From: a virus
Length of the DNA stretch: 64,000 nucleotides
Direction: 5' to 3' (one strand)
IMG/VR virus record: IMGVR_UViG_3300035666_000002
Both the position numbers and the translations under genes were made by a program. Each line of letters begins with the position of its first letter. Position 1 is the stretch's first letter. The notes beneath the pieces are model-generated. The model was not told the DNA's origin. It worked only from the letters and a program-made list of their open reading frames with translations, and did no database searches. Of the stretch, positions 20,701 to 31,600 are shown piece after piece.

Positions 20701-20968
20701 CAGTTAAATTACCAGTGGCAATTTCTCTAGAACCTAATTCAACATTTCTACCTATTGTTACAGTGTTTGAAAGAAGAACATTATTAGCAACTGTAAGTGA
20801 TGTTCCCTGAGCGGTTATTGATAACGCTCCAGTATTAGAAATCGTCAGGGTACCTGATGTCTTATTAAAATTACCCGTTTCGATGTTATTAATTGCATTA
20901 GCTGATTGATTGGTCTGAATTCTCCATTCATCAACTGTGTTTATTCTAGTGATATTATTAATAGGCAT
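14765..20968 (-). CDS. Long tail fibre (2067 aa) with internal repeats and S74-type chaperone
   Basis: N-terminal NTVDEWRIQTN; 22-aa DNARITANVTANSFV repeats; three ~140-aa repeats; C-terminal YSDDKLK...GVSAQEVQKVLPE. Confidence 0.8.
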   Translation of the reverse strand: MPINNITRINTVDEWRIQTNQSANAINNIETGNFNKTSGTLTISNTGALSITAQGTSLTVANNVLLSNTVTIGRNVELGSREIATGNLTVGANVFIYGVGTALFVANNATVNTNLQVTQNVRTNNIVANVNVTVSGTTQSGNLLVDSIAIITGNTTAGNLTTANATSTGSLRVNDTTETSSNISGAAIIYGGVGVSKSAFISGNVTVKGDAAGAVNNTVLLSLGSLASNSAGNLYIYAANTANGGANGSLTVQGNSNITGNLRLGSGLVSSSKTTGSLIVEGGVGVSANVHATDFIATNSLVADNARITANVTANSFVGTGSLVVNNARITANATFGETTATTINATNARISGNANVSSITASNSLVADNARITANVTANSFVGTGSLVVDNARITANVTANSFVGTGSLVVDSARITANVTANSFVATGTLVADNARITANATFGETTATTINATNARISGNANVANVTISNSLVADNARITANVTANSFVGTGSLVVDNARITSNATFTETTATTINATNARISDNANVSSITASNSLVADNARITANVTANSFVATGTLVADNARITANVTANSFVATGTLVADNARITSNLSAVNLYASSVYDNGNRVARTVSATAPISATLNSSTGALAISHDVSGVTATTYGNSVNVASFTVNDRGHITSAQNVAIRTGSTTETGILQLTDSITSTSTTTAATANSINTAVLLFQANVGAARIADVAAAQANVGAARITDTANAQANSGAGDITVTNAYQANVGAARIAITNAYQANVGAANISAFANHVKLTSTSQTITGSLAITGGVSVGGDFTITGQQLVDTNRIKLMATTKQTIGAGYDYITINRVNATATLDGTSDTINMSAHGFSMGQNVMFTNISAASVGSPVTGLSNNTIYRVLVLNASGAVAVGGTNSNFFKVTTSAGYNSASPATSTPINFANNGTTLTFDQDNKDADLRWSEVSKVWEFRDVGNLDDSTAYSRILTANLMSNSISLDSSSNVATSNAVRTAVLSGQANVGAGLISITNAYQANVGQLRLDTQNANTSLAANIGAARIADAANAQANSGVALITARADIDTANTKLKNYADSTFLPKTGGTISSDLTISGSLTVSGSITTINTEEINLADNEIVLNSNHTTNMMPTQNAGIIINRGNIANSPNVYIRYDEGNDYWVLRDNSGQFIVGTTANAGAGDIAVTSAYQANVGAGLITKVNKSGDTMTGALNVAINTAATSTITGALIVGGGAGIAGSAWAANLVSTGPIYGATGVFDTGTRVASAITASSAILGSLAANGRLYVSHEDTSTQENVDNSAGNVIQDVTLDGFGHITALGSVNLDDRYYTEAESDSRFVNVTGDTMTGALTITDNTAATSTSTGSLKVSGGVGVAGNVWAANVVSTGPVYDTGTRVASAITASSAILGSLAANGRLYISHQDTSTQENVDNSAGNVIQDVTLDGFGHITALGSVNLDDRYYTETESDNRFVNVTGDTMTGALNIATTTAATSTATGALIVGGGVGGGGIGVAGNVWAANLVSTGPVYGATGVFDTGVRVASAIVASSSILGSLAANGKLYISHDDTSTQASVDNSAGNVIQDVTLDTNGHITALGSVNLDDRYYTETEADSRFVNVTGDTMTGALNIANATVATSRITGALIVAGGAGVSGDLYADQLYSTALNIEAGGFIEVLSTDASTSRTTGSIVTSGGIGVSGNAWAANLVSTGPVYGATGVFDGGVRVARSVNPQTGIVSSLAANGNLSIGHADTSTLSGALGPTGPFTSGTTGVITSLTIDGFGHITDSAGATVSLSNHNHDGTYLSTGGGTLTGALTITDTTAATSTSTGSLKVSGGVGVAGNVWAANVVSTGPVYGATGVFDGGVRVARSVSGTAPITASLTNGALSISHDTSGVVAATHGSATEIPVFTVNDRGHITTVTNTAISLGTTGTPQFASLGVGTAASGTTGEIRATGDITSGYSDDKLKDKIGNIENAIDKVVQLAGFYYQPNELAKSLGYDDSVQVGVSAQEVQKVLPEVVVPAPIGSQFLTVKYDRMIPLLIEAIKELKSEIEDIKKKI
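15380..17340 (-). repeat. Large (~420 bp) internal duplications in the long fibre gene
   Basis: Three copies of DTSTQ...NVIQDVTLD...GHITALGSVNLDDRYYTE...RFVNVTGDTMTGAL; about 96 bp identical between ~15390-15485 and ~16779-16874. Confidence 0.9.
19190..20080 (-). repeat. ~66-bp tandem repeats encoding (DNARITANVTANSFVxTGxLVx)n
   Basis: Directly visible near-identical units in the DNA and protein. Confidence 0.9.
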
Positions 20969-21201
20969 TATTGTTTACTCTGTTTCAGCAAGGAGTTTAA
21001 AAGTTCTTTTATGTCTTTCATGTCGTTAGAAAGCTCATCGACTTTACTTTTAAGATTATTTATCTCATCATTTTTGCCGTTAATTCTCTGAGCTAACTTT
21101 TTTCTCGCTTCATTTTCAAGAAGAGCATTTTGCCCAGTCATTAATAATGCATTAGTTGATACATCTTTTACAAAATTTGTACCTTCAACTTTTAGCTTCA
21201 T
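20968..21201 (-). CDS. Small conserved hypothetical protein, coiled-coil C-terminus
   Basis: KVEG...LVKD..TNA.. N-terminus typical of T4-like environmental phages; tight operon spacing. Confidence 0.7.
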   Translation of the reverse strand: MKLKVEGTNFVKDVSTNALLMTGQNALLENEARKKLAQRINGKNDEINNLKSKVDELSNDMKDIKELLNSLLKQSKQ

Positions 21202-21204
21202 CGA

Positions 21205-24200
21205 TTACTCCGCAGGTGTTGCAATAATACGTAAATCTCTTACACTGGGTGGAATCGCTGGGTCTGTAGAGGTGAGAACAATTTTTATAGCAAAGGTTTT
21301 GAAACTATCATAAGTCACACCATTTGATCCTGTGTAAGTTACTTGATTTACCGTAGCTGAAGGGCGATATTCATATTCTCTATAAGTTGTTAAATCTGGC
21401 GAAGGAGTTGTTGTTGGATTGATACAAACCATCTTTTCATAAGGTCTATCTGCGAATTCTGTTCCATCCGAATCTGAAAGAACTTTATAGTAGACTGACA
21501 CCTCAGAAATACCAGGTTTGTTTGCAGACAAGAACACACGTAAATCTCCAGCATCATAACCATCTGCCAATTTGATAGGCTTAGTGATGTATCTTGCAAG
21601 GCAAGGACCACCAGAAGAATCAAACTCGCTATTCAGTACGATTGTAGCTGGAGTAGTTGGATGTGTATAATATGAAATTGTGAAATCATCCAAATAACCA
21701 GACCCAGAAGAAGTGACATAGATTCCTACAACATTTCCATTCGCATCAACTGTGACGTTCGCATTCGCTCCAGAACCGGTGGAACTCGTTACCGAAATTA
21801 AATTAGCATTGCTGTATTTGGATCCTGGAGCAATAATTGTAAAATCATCTGAGGTAATTTCTCCATTGTCTAAGAAATTTTCCCAAACGTTCAAAAACAG
21901 ACTTTCTTCGGAAATAATAGGAGATACAGCATCATTTGTCGTCGATATAGTCGCTTTTAATGTCCAATCATTCTTACTTCCAATTTTTTTGCGTCTATTT
22001 CCTACTGCGTAAATATCATCTTCCGCCATCATATATGTGACGTAAGGAGTAATTGGTCTATAAGTCGTTTCTTTCGAACCTGTTACTGGTGTGGTAACAA
22101 TAGAGTAATTGAGATTTGTCACACCAGCAGAAGGAATAATAGAAGTTTCCATCAATTTAAATTTATCAACATAATATAAAGATGGAGTTGCCTGATTCTC
22201 GAAAGCATAAGTTGCTGAAGAAGTAGAGAAAACACAACGATTCAATCTAAACATCAAATCTTCATTCATGAACGGAACATATTCCATGGAATTTTGTGAT
22301 TTGTAAAGTGTTCCGACATATGGTTGTTTATCAACAAATTCGTTGTTGGTTGTCGTTGAACCTTTTTCAGCACCCCAAATTGTATAATCATTTGAGTCTG
22401 TTAGAACAACAAATGCATACAGACCTGGTTTCAGATAAACTGGAAAATCAAATTTGAAGTTGGTTGCAGTCGCAGTTGTTGATACCGAAGGATTATCAGA
22501 AATGTTAATCTCACTAGGATACTTGACTACGACCGATTCTGGATACCAATAATCTGAGGAAGGTGCGCCATTAATAGTTGGTCTAATTTGAACGATAACT
22601 GGTATATTTTCATCATCCTTTGCTCTGAAAAATAAATCCATGCTATCCAAAAATAATCCATAAGGATACTTTTCAACATCAACGAAGAATGTTTGCGCTA
22701 GAGGATCTCTATTAACTGCGGTAAATACTGTACTTAATTCTCTAGTACCAATAATTTTCTCTGAAGTGAGCGCACCAACAATTTTGCTATCCACATCAAC
22801 ATTCAAAACAGTATCAACTAATGTAGTTTTATTTACTGTAATGCCTGAAGATGTATAAACTTTATCTGCAAAAGAAATTGCATCTGCATCATAAGTGTTG
22901 TTGAATGATTCAGTTACACGGAAGTTTCTTTGCCCAGAACGGAAGGTTGCTTCAGGTATGTAAAGAGCGCCACCAATTTGACCTAATTTATTTGTGTTAT
23001 TATTACCAAAACTGTAAACATATTCTTGCCCTGCATAAGCAGAAGCTCCGCTAACGGTTGCAACTTTAGTCGTTGTATTATAATTAATAACATTAAATGA
23101 GGCACCGACACCAATTTCATTATTTGATTTGTGTATTAAGTATAATGTATTGCTAGAAATATTATAAGATGGAGCATCTGAAGCGAGAGTAATTTCTGTG
23201 GCTGTAATTCCTCTTGTAACTCCGGAGCGATGATCATTTACACTAGAGATAGAATAAACATTTCCTGAGTCTACACCGTATACGAATTTGCCTGATAAGT
23301 TTATTGTAGCATTTTCGTTTATGATTGAAACATTAGCAGAACCAATTTCACTCATAACGATTGTGCCGGTTTTAAATGATGATCCTCCGGCGACTAAACT
23401 TGCTACATTAGCAACCAAATCTGCATAGGTATTGGCTATCAGGATAGTTTCACCATTTGTTAATCTTGTGTTCACATTTAATGTGACTCTGTTGGGAACA
23501 ACAACATATTTGTTAACATCAACATCATCAAAGAAAGAATACATTCTTGTTGATGGTCTTAAACCAACCGAAGAGAAAACAATTCTCTTTGGTTTCATAT
23601 AAGGCTGAATTGCTAAATCTGTAACAAAAGTTCCAACATCAACTTGTGAAGAAGAAGTTGATATTTGTTTTTGTGAAAACTCTGTTCCAGCTTTAGCAAA
23701 AGTTAATTCATTAGTCGTTGTCAAGAAACCAAAGCCTTGTGATTTCCAACCTACATCACTAACTATTGTTTGATTTCTAGTCTGGTACCATTTACTATCA
23801 ATTATTTGAGCAAACGGACTATTTTTATCATCTCTCCATTGAGGTACATTATCTGAAATATATTTAAATGCTTGATTAACAAAATTAAATGCGTTTTCTA
23901 CCCCTTGTGTTGAATTTAAAGTTACCTTAGCAGTAACTCCAGTATCAACATCACCTGTAAATTCAGGAAATAATTTCGTTACACCTTTAAAGTTTGCAAA
24001 AAGTGCTTGTGCAACAGGAATGGATTTAGTAAAATATTGTTGTTGAGCAAAATTAGAAGATGTATAAGAAAGAATGTGTGCTTTCTTTGATCCTGTTCCT
24101 ATAGTTTTAGTTGAACCAGTAAATGAAGAAGTAATTGCTTGTAATTTTACAGTTCTCATTAGTGAAGCAGGATATAATGTTCCATTATCAAGAAGATTTC

Positions 24201-27200
24201 TATTATCGAAAGTAGTTGTATCCTGAACTAATTCTTTATTTGTAAAATTATCAACAAGTATACCATACTTCGCTCTTTCTAATCCATTGTTGTCCAATAT
24301 CTTAGCGTCTGCGGCACTCTTCTCAAGTGCGTTTAAAGAAACATAATATTCTAGACCACGAATTCTATCTTCAAAGTTTTGAATGTCCTGCATTGTATAA
24401 CGACGATTATTCTTGAAATCTGCACGAATATCTTTTACATTTTCGGTATACGCAGGAATAGTCAAAGTATAAATCAACATATCTTTTACATCAACCACTG
24501 GAGGAAGAGGTTGTACGGCAGCCTGCCCCTTAACAACAGCAAACTCTCCTCCTGATTTTACAATAACTCTATCGATTCTCGGCAGATAATAATCATATGA
24601 CATCTCAATGTTTTCTAATGGTTCTGGATTTAAAGCACCTGATAGTGTTGTTCCGCCAATAGCTTTGTATGGTCTGAAATCAAATGCCGATCTTAAACTT
24701 AGAATGTTATTGTTTTCTTTATCATTAAATGAAGGAATGTCATCATAATTAATATTAGAACCTTGTGCATAAGAATCTACAGTAAATAAGCCGCTAAAAA
24801 CTGTTAGTTGTTTAAAGTAACGGTACTGAACAAAAATTCTTCCGGTTGGTGCAGAAAATCCTCTTTTCAATTTAATAGTTGCATGATCATAGTGTGTTTT
24901 TCTTTGACCAGTATCAAATTCATATCTTTCTGTGACATCATACGCTGTATTTGTAAGCATTGCAGAAGTCACATTTGATGTTGTATTTTTAGAATCAAAT
25001 ATGCCGACAATTTCATAAACATCAGGAACTTGTAAACTAACAACTTTTCCTGGCGTTCTCAGATCGGTTAGAATTGATGATTCTGTGAAGTTTGTTGCAC
25101 CAATACTTTTGAAAACCATTCCTCCGGCAAAACTAGTAGTTTCACCAGAAGTATTTGCCGAATAGAGAACATCCGTACCTTGTGTTCCAGAAGTATTCAT
25201 CTCATAAGGGATTAAATCATGAAGAGTGTCACTTATAGGAACTAATTGCTTTTTCTTTGTTACACCTGTTGTGGCATTTTCGGCATTGTTTATTTTTGTT
25301 GTCACCAATAAATCAACTCTTATAGTATCTTCCGTTTTCAAATCTACTTCGAAGGAGTTAGTACCAATAGATGTGACTGTAAAGTTATCATTCGAAAGGG
25401 CTAAAACAGTATTTGCAGTTATTCCTAATTGAGCATTGCTTGTGCTATCGGAGCGAACAAAACATATAATATTATCTCGTATTAAAGAATCTGAAATTAC
25501 GCCACTTCCTGAAGAGAATGCAAAAGTATCAGGAGAGGTTGCAGTAACAGTAAATTTGCCTGTAGCGGCAACTGTCACACCAGAATATTTCTTTCTAACA
25601 TAAAAATCCATATCAGAAATCGTATTCGCTTTAATTGCGGTTTGTCTTGGGTTAAATATCAACGAAGCTCTAGCTTGTTCATTAATTGATGCGAATCCAG
25701 TGGACGTCGATTTAGAATCGGCATCAATATTTCCCGCAAATGCAATATAAAGCCCACCATTTGCAACAAGAGATTCAGCAGCAGTGAAGTCTGATTCAAT
25801 ACTAAATGTGTTCGACGCTGGAATAAAAGGTAAAGAAGATGAAAGATTTAATGTTACAGTATTTGAACTTGTAATCAATATTGGTGAAAGACTAGAACCA
25901 CCAGAATCAGTGATTCTAAAATACATGTTAGCATAAGCATTAGTTGTAAGTGTCGAACTAAATGTGGTAGGAATAGCAATCGTTGTTGGTGAACTTCCGC
26001 TTGCTGCTAATGTACCCGTAACAGGAACATTATTGGCACCAAAAAGATACGTCGTGAATGTATGTGTATTTCCGTTAGATGAATCTGTGGAATCATTGTA
26101 ACGAATCATATGAGCATAAACCGTACCAATTTTTGTAGAGTTATATTTTGATGCAGTTGTTATCTGTATACTTTCGTGTGGGACGCAATGAATATCGAGT
26201 TGAGGAAAAGTTGTGATGTCTAATGTGTTACGAACGTTTGCTAATACAACACTTGATTCATAGTTAGTTGGAAGATCAAAATCATTCACATTCGCAACTT
26301 CTCTTGCTCTATCAACTTTGATTCTGCTTGGAGCTATAGTTTGAAATTCATAACCTCCAACATAAGCTTTACCTGGATCCAACACTACATCAAATTTACC
26401 ATTAGCTTGATCACCTTCTTCTAAAGAAATAACAAAAGGATCGACCGTGTAGTTGCCTGATTCATCATATGTTCTTCTAGCTAAAGTTTTCTCAATTTCA
26501 CTATAAATTGGATATTCTATCTCTTTTGTTTTAACGTCTTCAACAAGTCGTATAATTTCAAAAAATGTTGAAGTATCGGCTGAATCCAGAGTTCTCTTTG
26601 AAAGAGTTGTTGTAACTTGAAAACGATTTGCGCCGGGAGCTTGATAGTTAAATGAGCCTTGTGCAGGATCTAACAGTGAAGTATCATCAATTTCATCTAC
26701 AATATTTTCTTCAAACTCAATACCAATCTTGTAAGAGGGTAAGACATTGACTGTTGAACTAGATCCAATTCGATAAAAAGATTCAATAATTAAAAATTGA
26801 GGAACAACTTTAACAAATTGACCTTTAAAATAATAAACACCTTCTTGTATGCTTGCAACAAAAGAACCTCCTGTTGCATTTGTTCCTCTTAATACCGCAA
26901 AAATATCTTGTCCAAAAACTCGAAGCTCATCACCCTCTGCAAATTTCTCTCCACTTAAATACTTAATAACGAGAATTGATAACCCTCCAGTGGTGTCTGT
27001 TGCTATAACTTTAGCTCTAACCAATTTGGAACTATTATATGAGACAATAGTTTTATCACGGAAATCATTTAAGTCAATATCTACACCACTATATTGATTT
27101 TGCAAAATAATATAGTTAGCTTTTCTATCTAAAGAAATTCTTCCACCAATAATAGGGCTGCCACTCTTAAAAATGTGATTGCCGAACTTTTCTATTTGAT

Positions 27201-27333
27201 TAGATAAAATAGTTTGTAATTGAGTCAATTCTCTAGCCTGAACAGCATATCCAGGTCTAAATAGAACCCTTAAAAAATTCTTATCTTCATCAAAATCGTC
27301 GTAGTATGGGTCGTAATTGAAAAGCGTAGTCAT
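21205..27333 (-). CDS. Large virion structural protein (DUF4815/VrlC-like)
   Basis: PYYDDFD...VLFRPGYAVQARELTQLQ N-terminus; APGANRF; RRTYDESGNY; DPLAQTF; C-terminal FAIKIVL. Confidence 0.8.
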   Translation of the reverse strand: MTTLFNYDPYYDDFDEDKNFLRVLFRPGYAVQARELTQLQTILSNQIEKFGNHIFKSGSPIIGGRISLDRKANYIILQNQYSGVDIDLNDFRDKTIVSYNSSKLVRAKVIATDTTGGLSILVIKYLSGEKFAEGDELRVFGQDIFAVLRGTNATGGSFVASIQEGVYYFKGQFVKVVPQFLIIESFYRIGSSSTVNVLPSYKIGIEFEENIVDEIDDTSLLDPAQGSFNYQAPGANRFQVTTTLSKRTLDSADTSTFFEIIRLVEDVKTKEIEYPIYSEIEKTLARRTYDESGNYTVDPFVISLEEGDQANGKFDVVLDPGKAYVGGYEFQTIAPSRIKVDRAREVANVNDFDLPTNYESSVVLANVRNTLDITTFPQLDIHCVPHESIQITTASKYNSTKIGTVYAHMIRYNDSTDSSNGNTHTFTTYLFGANNVPVTGTLAASGSSPTTIAIPTTFSSTLTTNAYANMYFRITDSGGSSLSPILITSSNTVTLNLSSSLPFIPASNTFSIESDFTAAESLVANGGLYIAFAGNIDADSKSTSTGFASINEQARASLIFNPRQTAIKANTISDMDFYVRKKYSGVTVAATGKFTVTATSPDTFAFSSGSGVISDSLIRDNIICFVRSDSTSNAQLGITANTVLALSNDNFTVTSIGTNSFEVDLKTEDTIRVDLLVTTKINNAENATTGVTKKKQLVPISDTLHDLIPYEMNTSGTQGTDVLYSANTSGETTSFAGGMVFKSIGATNFTESSILTDLRTPGKVVSLQVPDVYEIVGIFDSKNTTSNVTSAMLTNTAYDVTERYEFDTGQRKTHYDHATIKLKRGFSAPTGRIFVQYRYFKQLTVFSGLFTVDSYAQGSNINYDDIPSFNDKENNNILSLRSAFDFRPYKAIGGTTLSGALNPEPLENIEMSYDYYLPRIDRVIVKSGGEFAVVKGQAAVQPLPPVVDVKDMLIYTLTIPAYTENVKDIRADFKNNRRYTMQDIQNFEDRIRGLEYYVSLNALEKSAADAKILDNNGLERAKYGILVDNFTNKELVQDTTTFDNRNLLDNGTLYPASLMRTVKLQAITSSFTGSTKTIGTGSKKAHILSYTSSNFAQQQYFTKSIPVAQALFANFKGVTKLFPEFTGDVDTGVTAKVTLNSTQGVENAFNFVNQAFKYISDNVPQWRDDKNSPFAQIIDSKWYQTRNQTIVSDVGWKSQGFGFLTTTNELTFAKAGTEFSQKQISTSSSQVDVGTFVTDLAIQPYMKPKRIVFSSVGLRPSTRMYSFFDDVDVNKYVVVPNRVTLNVNTRLTNGETILIANTYADLVANVASLVAGGSSFKTGTIVMSEIGSANVSIINENATINLSGKFVYGVDSGNVYSISSVNDHRSGVTRGITATEITLASDAPSYNISSNTLYLIHKSNNEIGVGASFNVINYNTTTKVATVSGASAYAGQEYVYSFGNNNTNKLGQIGGALYIPEATFRSGQRNFRVTESFNNTYDADAISFADKVYTSSGITVNKTTLVDTVLNVDVDSKIVGALTSEKIIGTRELSTVFTAVNRDPLAQTFFVDVEKYPYGLFLDSMDLFFRAKDDENIPVIVQIRPTINGAPSSDYWYPESVVVKYPSEINISDNPSVSTTATATNFKFDFPVYLKPGLYAFVVLTDSNDYTIWGAEKGSTTTNNEFVDKQPYVGTLYKSQNSMEYVPFMNEDLMFRLNRCVFSTSSATYAFENQATPSLYYVDKFKLMETSIIPSAGVTNLNYSIVTTPVTGSKETTYRPITPYVTYMMAEDDIYAVGNRRKKIGSKNDWTLKATISTTNDAVSPIISEESLFLNVWENFLDNGEITSDDFTIIAPGSKYSNANLISVTSSTGSGANANVTVDANGNVVGIYVTSSGSGYLDDFTISYYTHPTTPATIVLNSEFDSSGGPCLARYITKPIKLADGYDAGDLRVFLSANKPGISEVSVYYKVLSDSDGTEFADRPYEKMVCINPTTTPSPDLTTYREYEYRPSATVNQVTYTGSNGVTYDSFKTFAIKIVLTSTDPAIPPSVRDLRIIATPAE

Positions 27334-27343
27334 TTATTCCTCG

Positions 27344-28669
27344 TTAGAAACTCAATATGAAACGGATTCTTTCCGTTTGTGAGGGGTCTCTTGTTACAGG
27401 CAATTTATCTGATATGTATAAAACTTTTCCAGAGTATAATTCGAGAGAAGGATTTGTTACAGAGTTAACAACTCGAATCGCACCTGAAGATATGCCTTTA
27501 ATTGATTGATTTACACCTAAGGTGCCTTTTACATTATTCAAGTATAAGAAATTTTCTACATCATCAAACGATATAACATCTGCGGTAAAAGTGCTCGTAG
27601 AAATGTCTGTTCCTTGATAAACGACTTCATCCGAAGAGAAGTCTCCAACTCCAGGAGAAACTTTAACTTTCGTATATAAACTATAGGTATTACTTGTAGC
27701 TAAGGTTGTGGTTCCTCTTAAATAAGGATTTTGAATCAGTGTTATTTCTCTGAAATCATTGTTGGTGGGTATTAACCCAGATTCATCTTCTTCAAAGTCA
27801 ACGTTGAATAATATTGTAGAAGCTCGCAACTCATAAACAGGATCATAACCATGACCATCGACAGGAGATATTGAAACTGTAGCAGCAGCATCAGAACCAG
27901 AACCACCAACAACATCTTGAAAGCTCAAGTTCGCATAAGTGTAATTTGTTCCTCTATTTTGTATAATAATGTTAACAACTTTTCCATCCGAAACATTTGC
28001 TTTTAATACAGCACCAGTTCCGTCACCCGATATGTTTATGATGGACTGTGTTGCACCATTAGTATAATTATTTCCAGAATTTGTTATATGTACAATATCA
28101 ATTGAACCGGGTTCGGCTGCTGCTCTAACGAATTTATTAAAAACTGTAGGCATCCATTCTTCAGTCAAAAACTTTTGTTTTTGAATCGAGGTTAGAGTGA
28201 ACATATATTTCCATTTATAACCGTCTTCTGTCTGAACGAAAGGCTCTTCTAATGAAGTTGTGGAAAGGCTGAGTTCGGGTTCACTTGTAGATAAAGCTCC
28301 AGAATTGTTGGATAAACATTTAAAAACTTGATCTTTGGATGTTAGAACATAAAAATTAGTATTTGATGTATACGTATTATAAATTGTACTATTAGCCCAA
28401 TTTATTCTTGGAGCAACGAGAGAAGCATTCTCAATGGAAAGTCTTTTAGCAGCAATTGCCGTTTTATAAACATCATTTAGATAGGTTATAGTGTCAGAAG
28501 GAGTTCCTGCAACTTCAGTGCCAGCATTCCATCTTAATTGTTTACCCATTAAAGCATAGACATAAGATTTTCTTGGCGCAGGAAGGTAAGAATTTGCTCC
28601 AACCTCTAATAGGTTGTAAACTTGTTTTGCAAGTAAAATCTTGAAGTTTTCTGTTATTATAGATGACAT
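27344..28669 (-). CDS. gp8: Baseplate wedge subunit, gp8-like
   Basis: PRINW...FYVLT...VFKCLSN...DGYKWKYMF...WMP; NDFREI; YSGKVLY. Confidence 0.85.
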   Translation of the reverse strand: MSSIITENFKILLAKQVYNLLEVGANSYLPAPRKSYVYALMGKQLRWNAGTEVAGTPSDTITYLNDVYKTAIAAKRLSIENASLVAPRINWANSTIYNTYTSNTNFYVLTSKDQVFKCLSNNSGALSTSEPELSLSTTSLEEPFVQTEDGYKWKYMFTLTSIQKQKFLTEEWMPTVFNKFVRAAAEPGSIDIVHITNSGNNYTNGATQSIINISGDGTGAVLKANVSDGKVVNIIIQNRGTNYTYANLSFQDVVGGSGSDAAATVSISPVDGHGYDPVYELRASTILFNVDFEEDESGLIPTNNDFREITLIQNPYLRGTTTLATSNTYSLYTKVKVSPGVGDFSSDEVVYQGTDISTSTFTADVISFDDVENFLYLNNVKGTLGVNQSIKGISSGAIRVVNSVTNPSLELYSGKVLYISDKLPVTRDPSQTERIRFILSF

Positions 28670-28677
28670 AGTATTAT

Positions 28678-31600
28678 TTATCTAACTTTTTGTATGGTAG
28701 CGAAAAGATTACTTCCGTTAGCTTTAAATGTTGTTGTCGTTATTATTGTATTAGCATTTACAGAATTAGCTTTTGCATATTCAACCAAAACAACATTAGC
28801 ATTTACTTGTGTGGAAGAGACATTTAATATTGAACTTACGATTGCAACATTAGCATTTGTAACTTCTCTAACTGTAACTGTGTTTCCGGTGGAAAGATAT
28901 AGTGTATCTCCTTCTTGAAAATCATTCAAGAAATTAGCAGTTCCTTGATACGAAATAATTATATTTGAACCTGTTGAGACATTAACCGTACCAACAAGTC
29001 TCCTATGAACATTTGACAATAAGATAATATCACCAACATTTACGGTAGTTATCAGATTTGCAGATACATTTGTCGTTGTAATTGTATTTGATGATGCTGC
29101 AATATTATAAGTATCTGAAAGGTCATTTATTGTAATGTATTTTGTCTCATCTGTCGTTGTAATGATTTCTTTATTTTCATCTGTTTTAAAGGTAAATGTT
29201 TTTGTTCCTATTGGATGAACAATTTCATTTAAAGGTTTTTTGAATGTAGCATAATCTTTAGTCGATTTAATAACGTAAGAGAAGTTATGGTATTTTTCAC
29301 CATCTTGCAATCTCTTGTCTGAACTCACTTGACCGTCAGTGTTTAAATAAATTCCTGGATATCTAATCAATCCATTTTCAAATTTTGCAGTTGCTTTTGC
29401 GTTTCCATCTCCGTAGAAAGTTGAGGAAACCACTGTTGCTGAAACAGCATTCAATGCAATAGAGCTATCATATTTTATTAATAGACTATTATTTAAAGTT
29501 CCGACATAATCAAATATTCTTAAAACACCAGTGTCCGGGTCATAGCTATCAACACTCGCTTTGAATGAGAAGTTGGTATTCGAAGTTCCTTGGTATATAA
29601 TAGTGTTTGAAACAAACAATTGCCCAGCTGTAACTCCAGTAACATTTAGGTCCGCATTTCTCAAAGAAACATACGGAGCCGAAACATAATCATATCCATA
29701 ACTTATAACTCGTATTGAAGAAACAGCACCGATCCTTGAAGTTGTCAATCCATAAGACTCACCATCGCCTGCAATTTCTGAAACTGTTAGATTTGCTCCA
29801 GCACCGGCAGCAGACTGAACAGTGATGGCTGGTAATGAATCTCTTTTATAACCCTCACCACCAATAACATACGCATCTTGAGAATGATTGTTAATCGTAA
29901 CTGAAGTTATTACTCCAGCAGAAACGTTTACATAACCATTAGCACCATAACCAGAGCCTCCGGTAAAAATTAGAATATCACCATTCGCATATCCTGTTCC
30001 GCCATTATTAACATCAATTCTACCTATTGAACCTATATTATATAAATCATTTCGATTTATTTTATATACCGAAACGCCTATATCCGAAAGACTTCTAGGA
30101 ATGTCATTCTGAAAATTATCAGAAAAATAAATTCTGTTAGTATCCACATAGGTAATAACTTTGACTTCTTCATAAAGGTTTGGTATAAACAACCTTACAT
30201 AATCTCCTGTTTCCAATGAAAGAGTTAAATCTTGACTTGTATCTTCTATATAATTTGTATTTTTTATTATTCTTCTGGATGACATTATCAATGAATCTGA
30301 TAAATCTTCATTGTAAAAACTGTAAGTTTCTACCGTGGGTCTTGATCGGTATCCACCCCCAGAACCATCTATTGTAATAAAGGATATTGGATGAACATTA
30401 AATGCAGAATAAGTTGAAATGTTTTCTATTGTAGTTGAACGTATTCTAGAAATAGTTCTGCCTGCTTTTTTTAGAGTTAAACCAGACTCGGTTGTGGAAA
30501 AAACAGTATTTGTTCTTATCTGTGTAGTTGAGTTTATCTGATTTACTTCAGTAAGATAAGATCCAACATAAATTGCATCACCAACTGACAATTCAGTTGT
30601 AAATAAAGTTCCTGTTCCCGTAACAATATTGCTGGAAGGAGATATTGCTCCGGTTCCAGTTAATGTTGTATTAGATCCCAATCCATCTAGAGTTGATATA
30701 GCCATGTTAGAAACATTTATAAGTCTGACAGTATCTTCATCAATCAGACCAATAGATGCTTTAGCTTCCGAACCGAAAGGAGAATTTTCAAATCCTCCTT
30801 TGAAATCTACAATTGAAGAATTAGGATAATCTATAGAACTTCTAAACCCGAATCCTCCATCTAAAACAAATATATCAGAAATGCCACCTTTTGTGGTGTC
30901 TCCCACATAAGCTATGGCGCCGATAGGATTAGCTGAGTTGGCATTTAAACCTCCAACAATACTAACTGGATCTCCGTTATATCCAATGTCGGCATCAAAA
31001 CCATTATAGAAGAGACCTCTGTTTGTAGGATTAATTTTTATTTCAGAAAGAGAACCAATAAGCTTACCTGTTACAGTAACGTTTGTTTCTGAATTTTCAT
31101 CATAATAGGTTGCACTTAAAGTTTCTCCTGTCTGAAATAATCGTTCAACATTACTTACATAAGCCTCAATGTAAGTAATACCTAACTGTCGATCTACCGA
31201 TCTAATAACTTTTTCTACAACAGCACTAGATTTAGAAGACAACCCTGTTATTTTTGTTTTTGCGATATTGAAAATATTATTATCATTTGTATCAATACGC
31301 AACGCTAGAGGGAGAATCCATTTTCCATCTGAAGTTTTTAATATGTCTTCTTTTGGATAATATATGTCGATGTTGTCGTTGTAGAGAGCCTTAAATAAAA
31401 ATTTTACTGATTGTGGTGTTCCGCTAGACTTATAAAAATTTGTTACTAATTTTAGAAACAATCTTTTATCATTAACAATATTTTGCGGAAAGTAAGGAGC
31501 TAGATCCTGTTTTAATTTTTCAATATAAAAAGAATCTGAGTAGTCAATATCATTAGAATCAACTAGTGCTTCAACAGCATAATTGACTCTATTAGTTTGC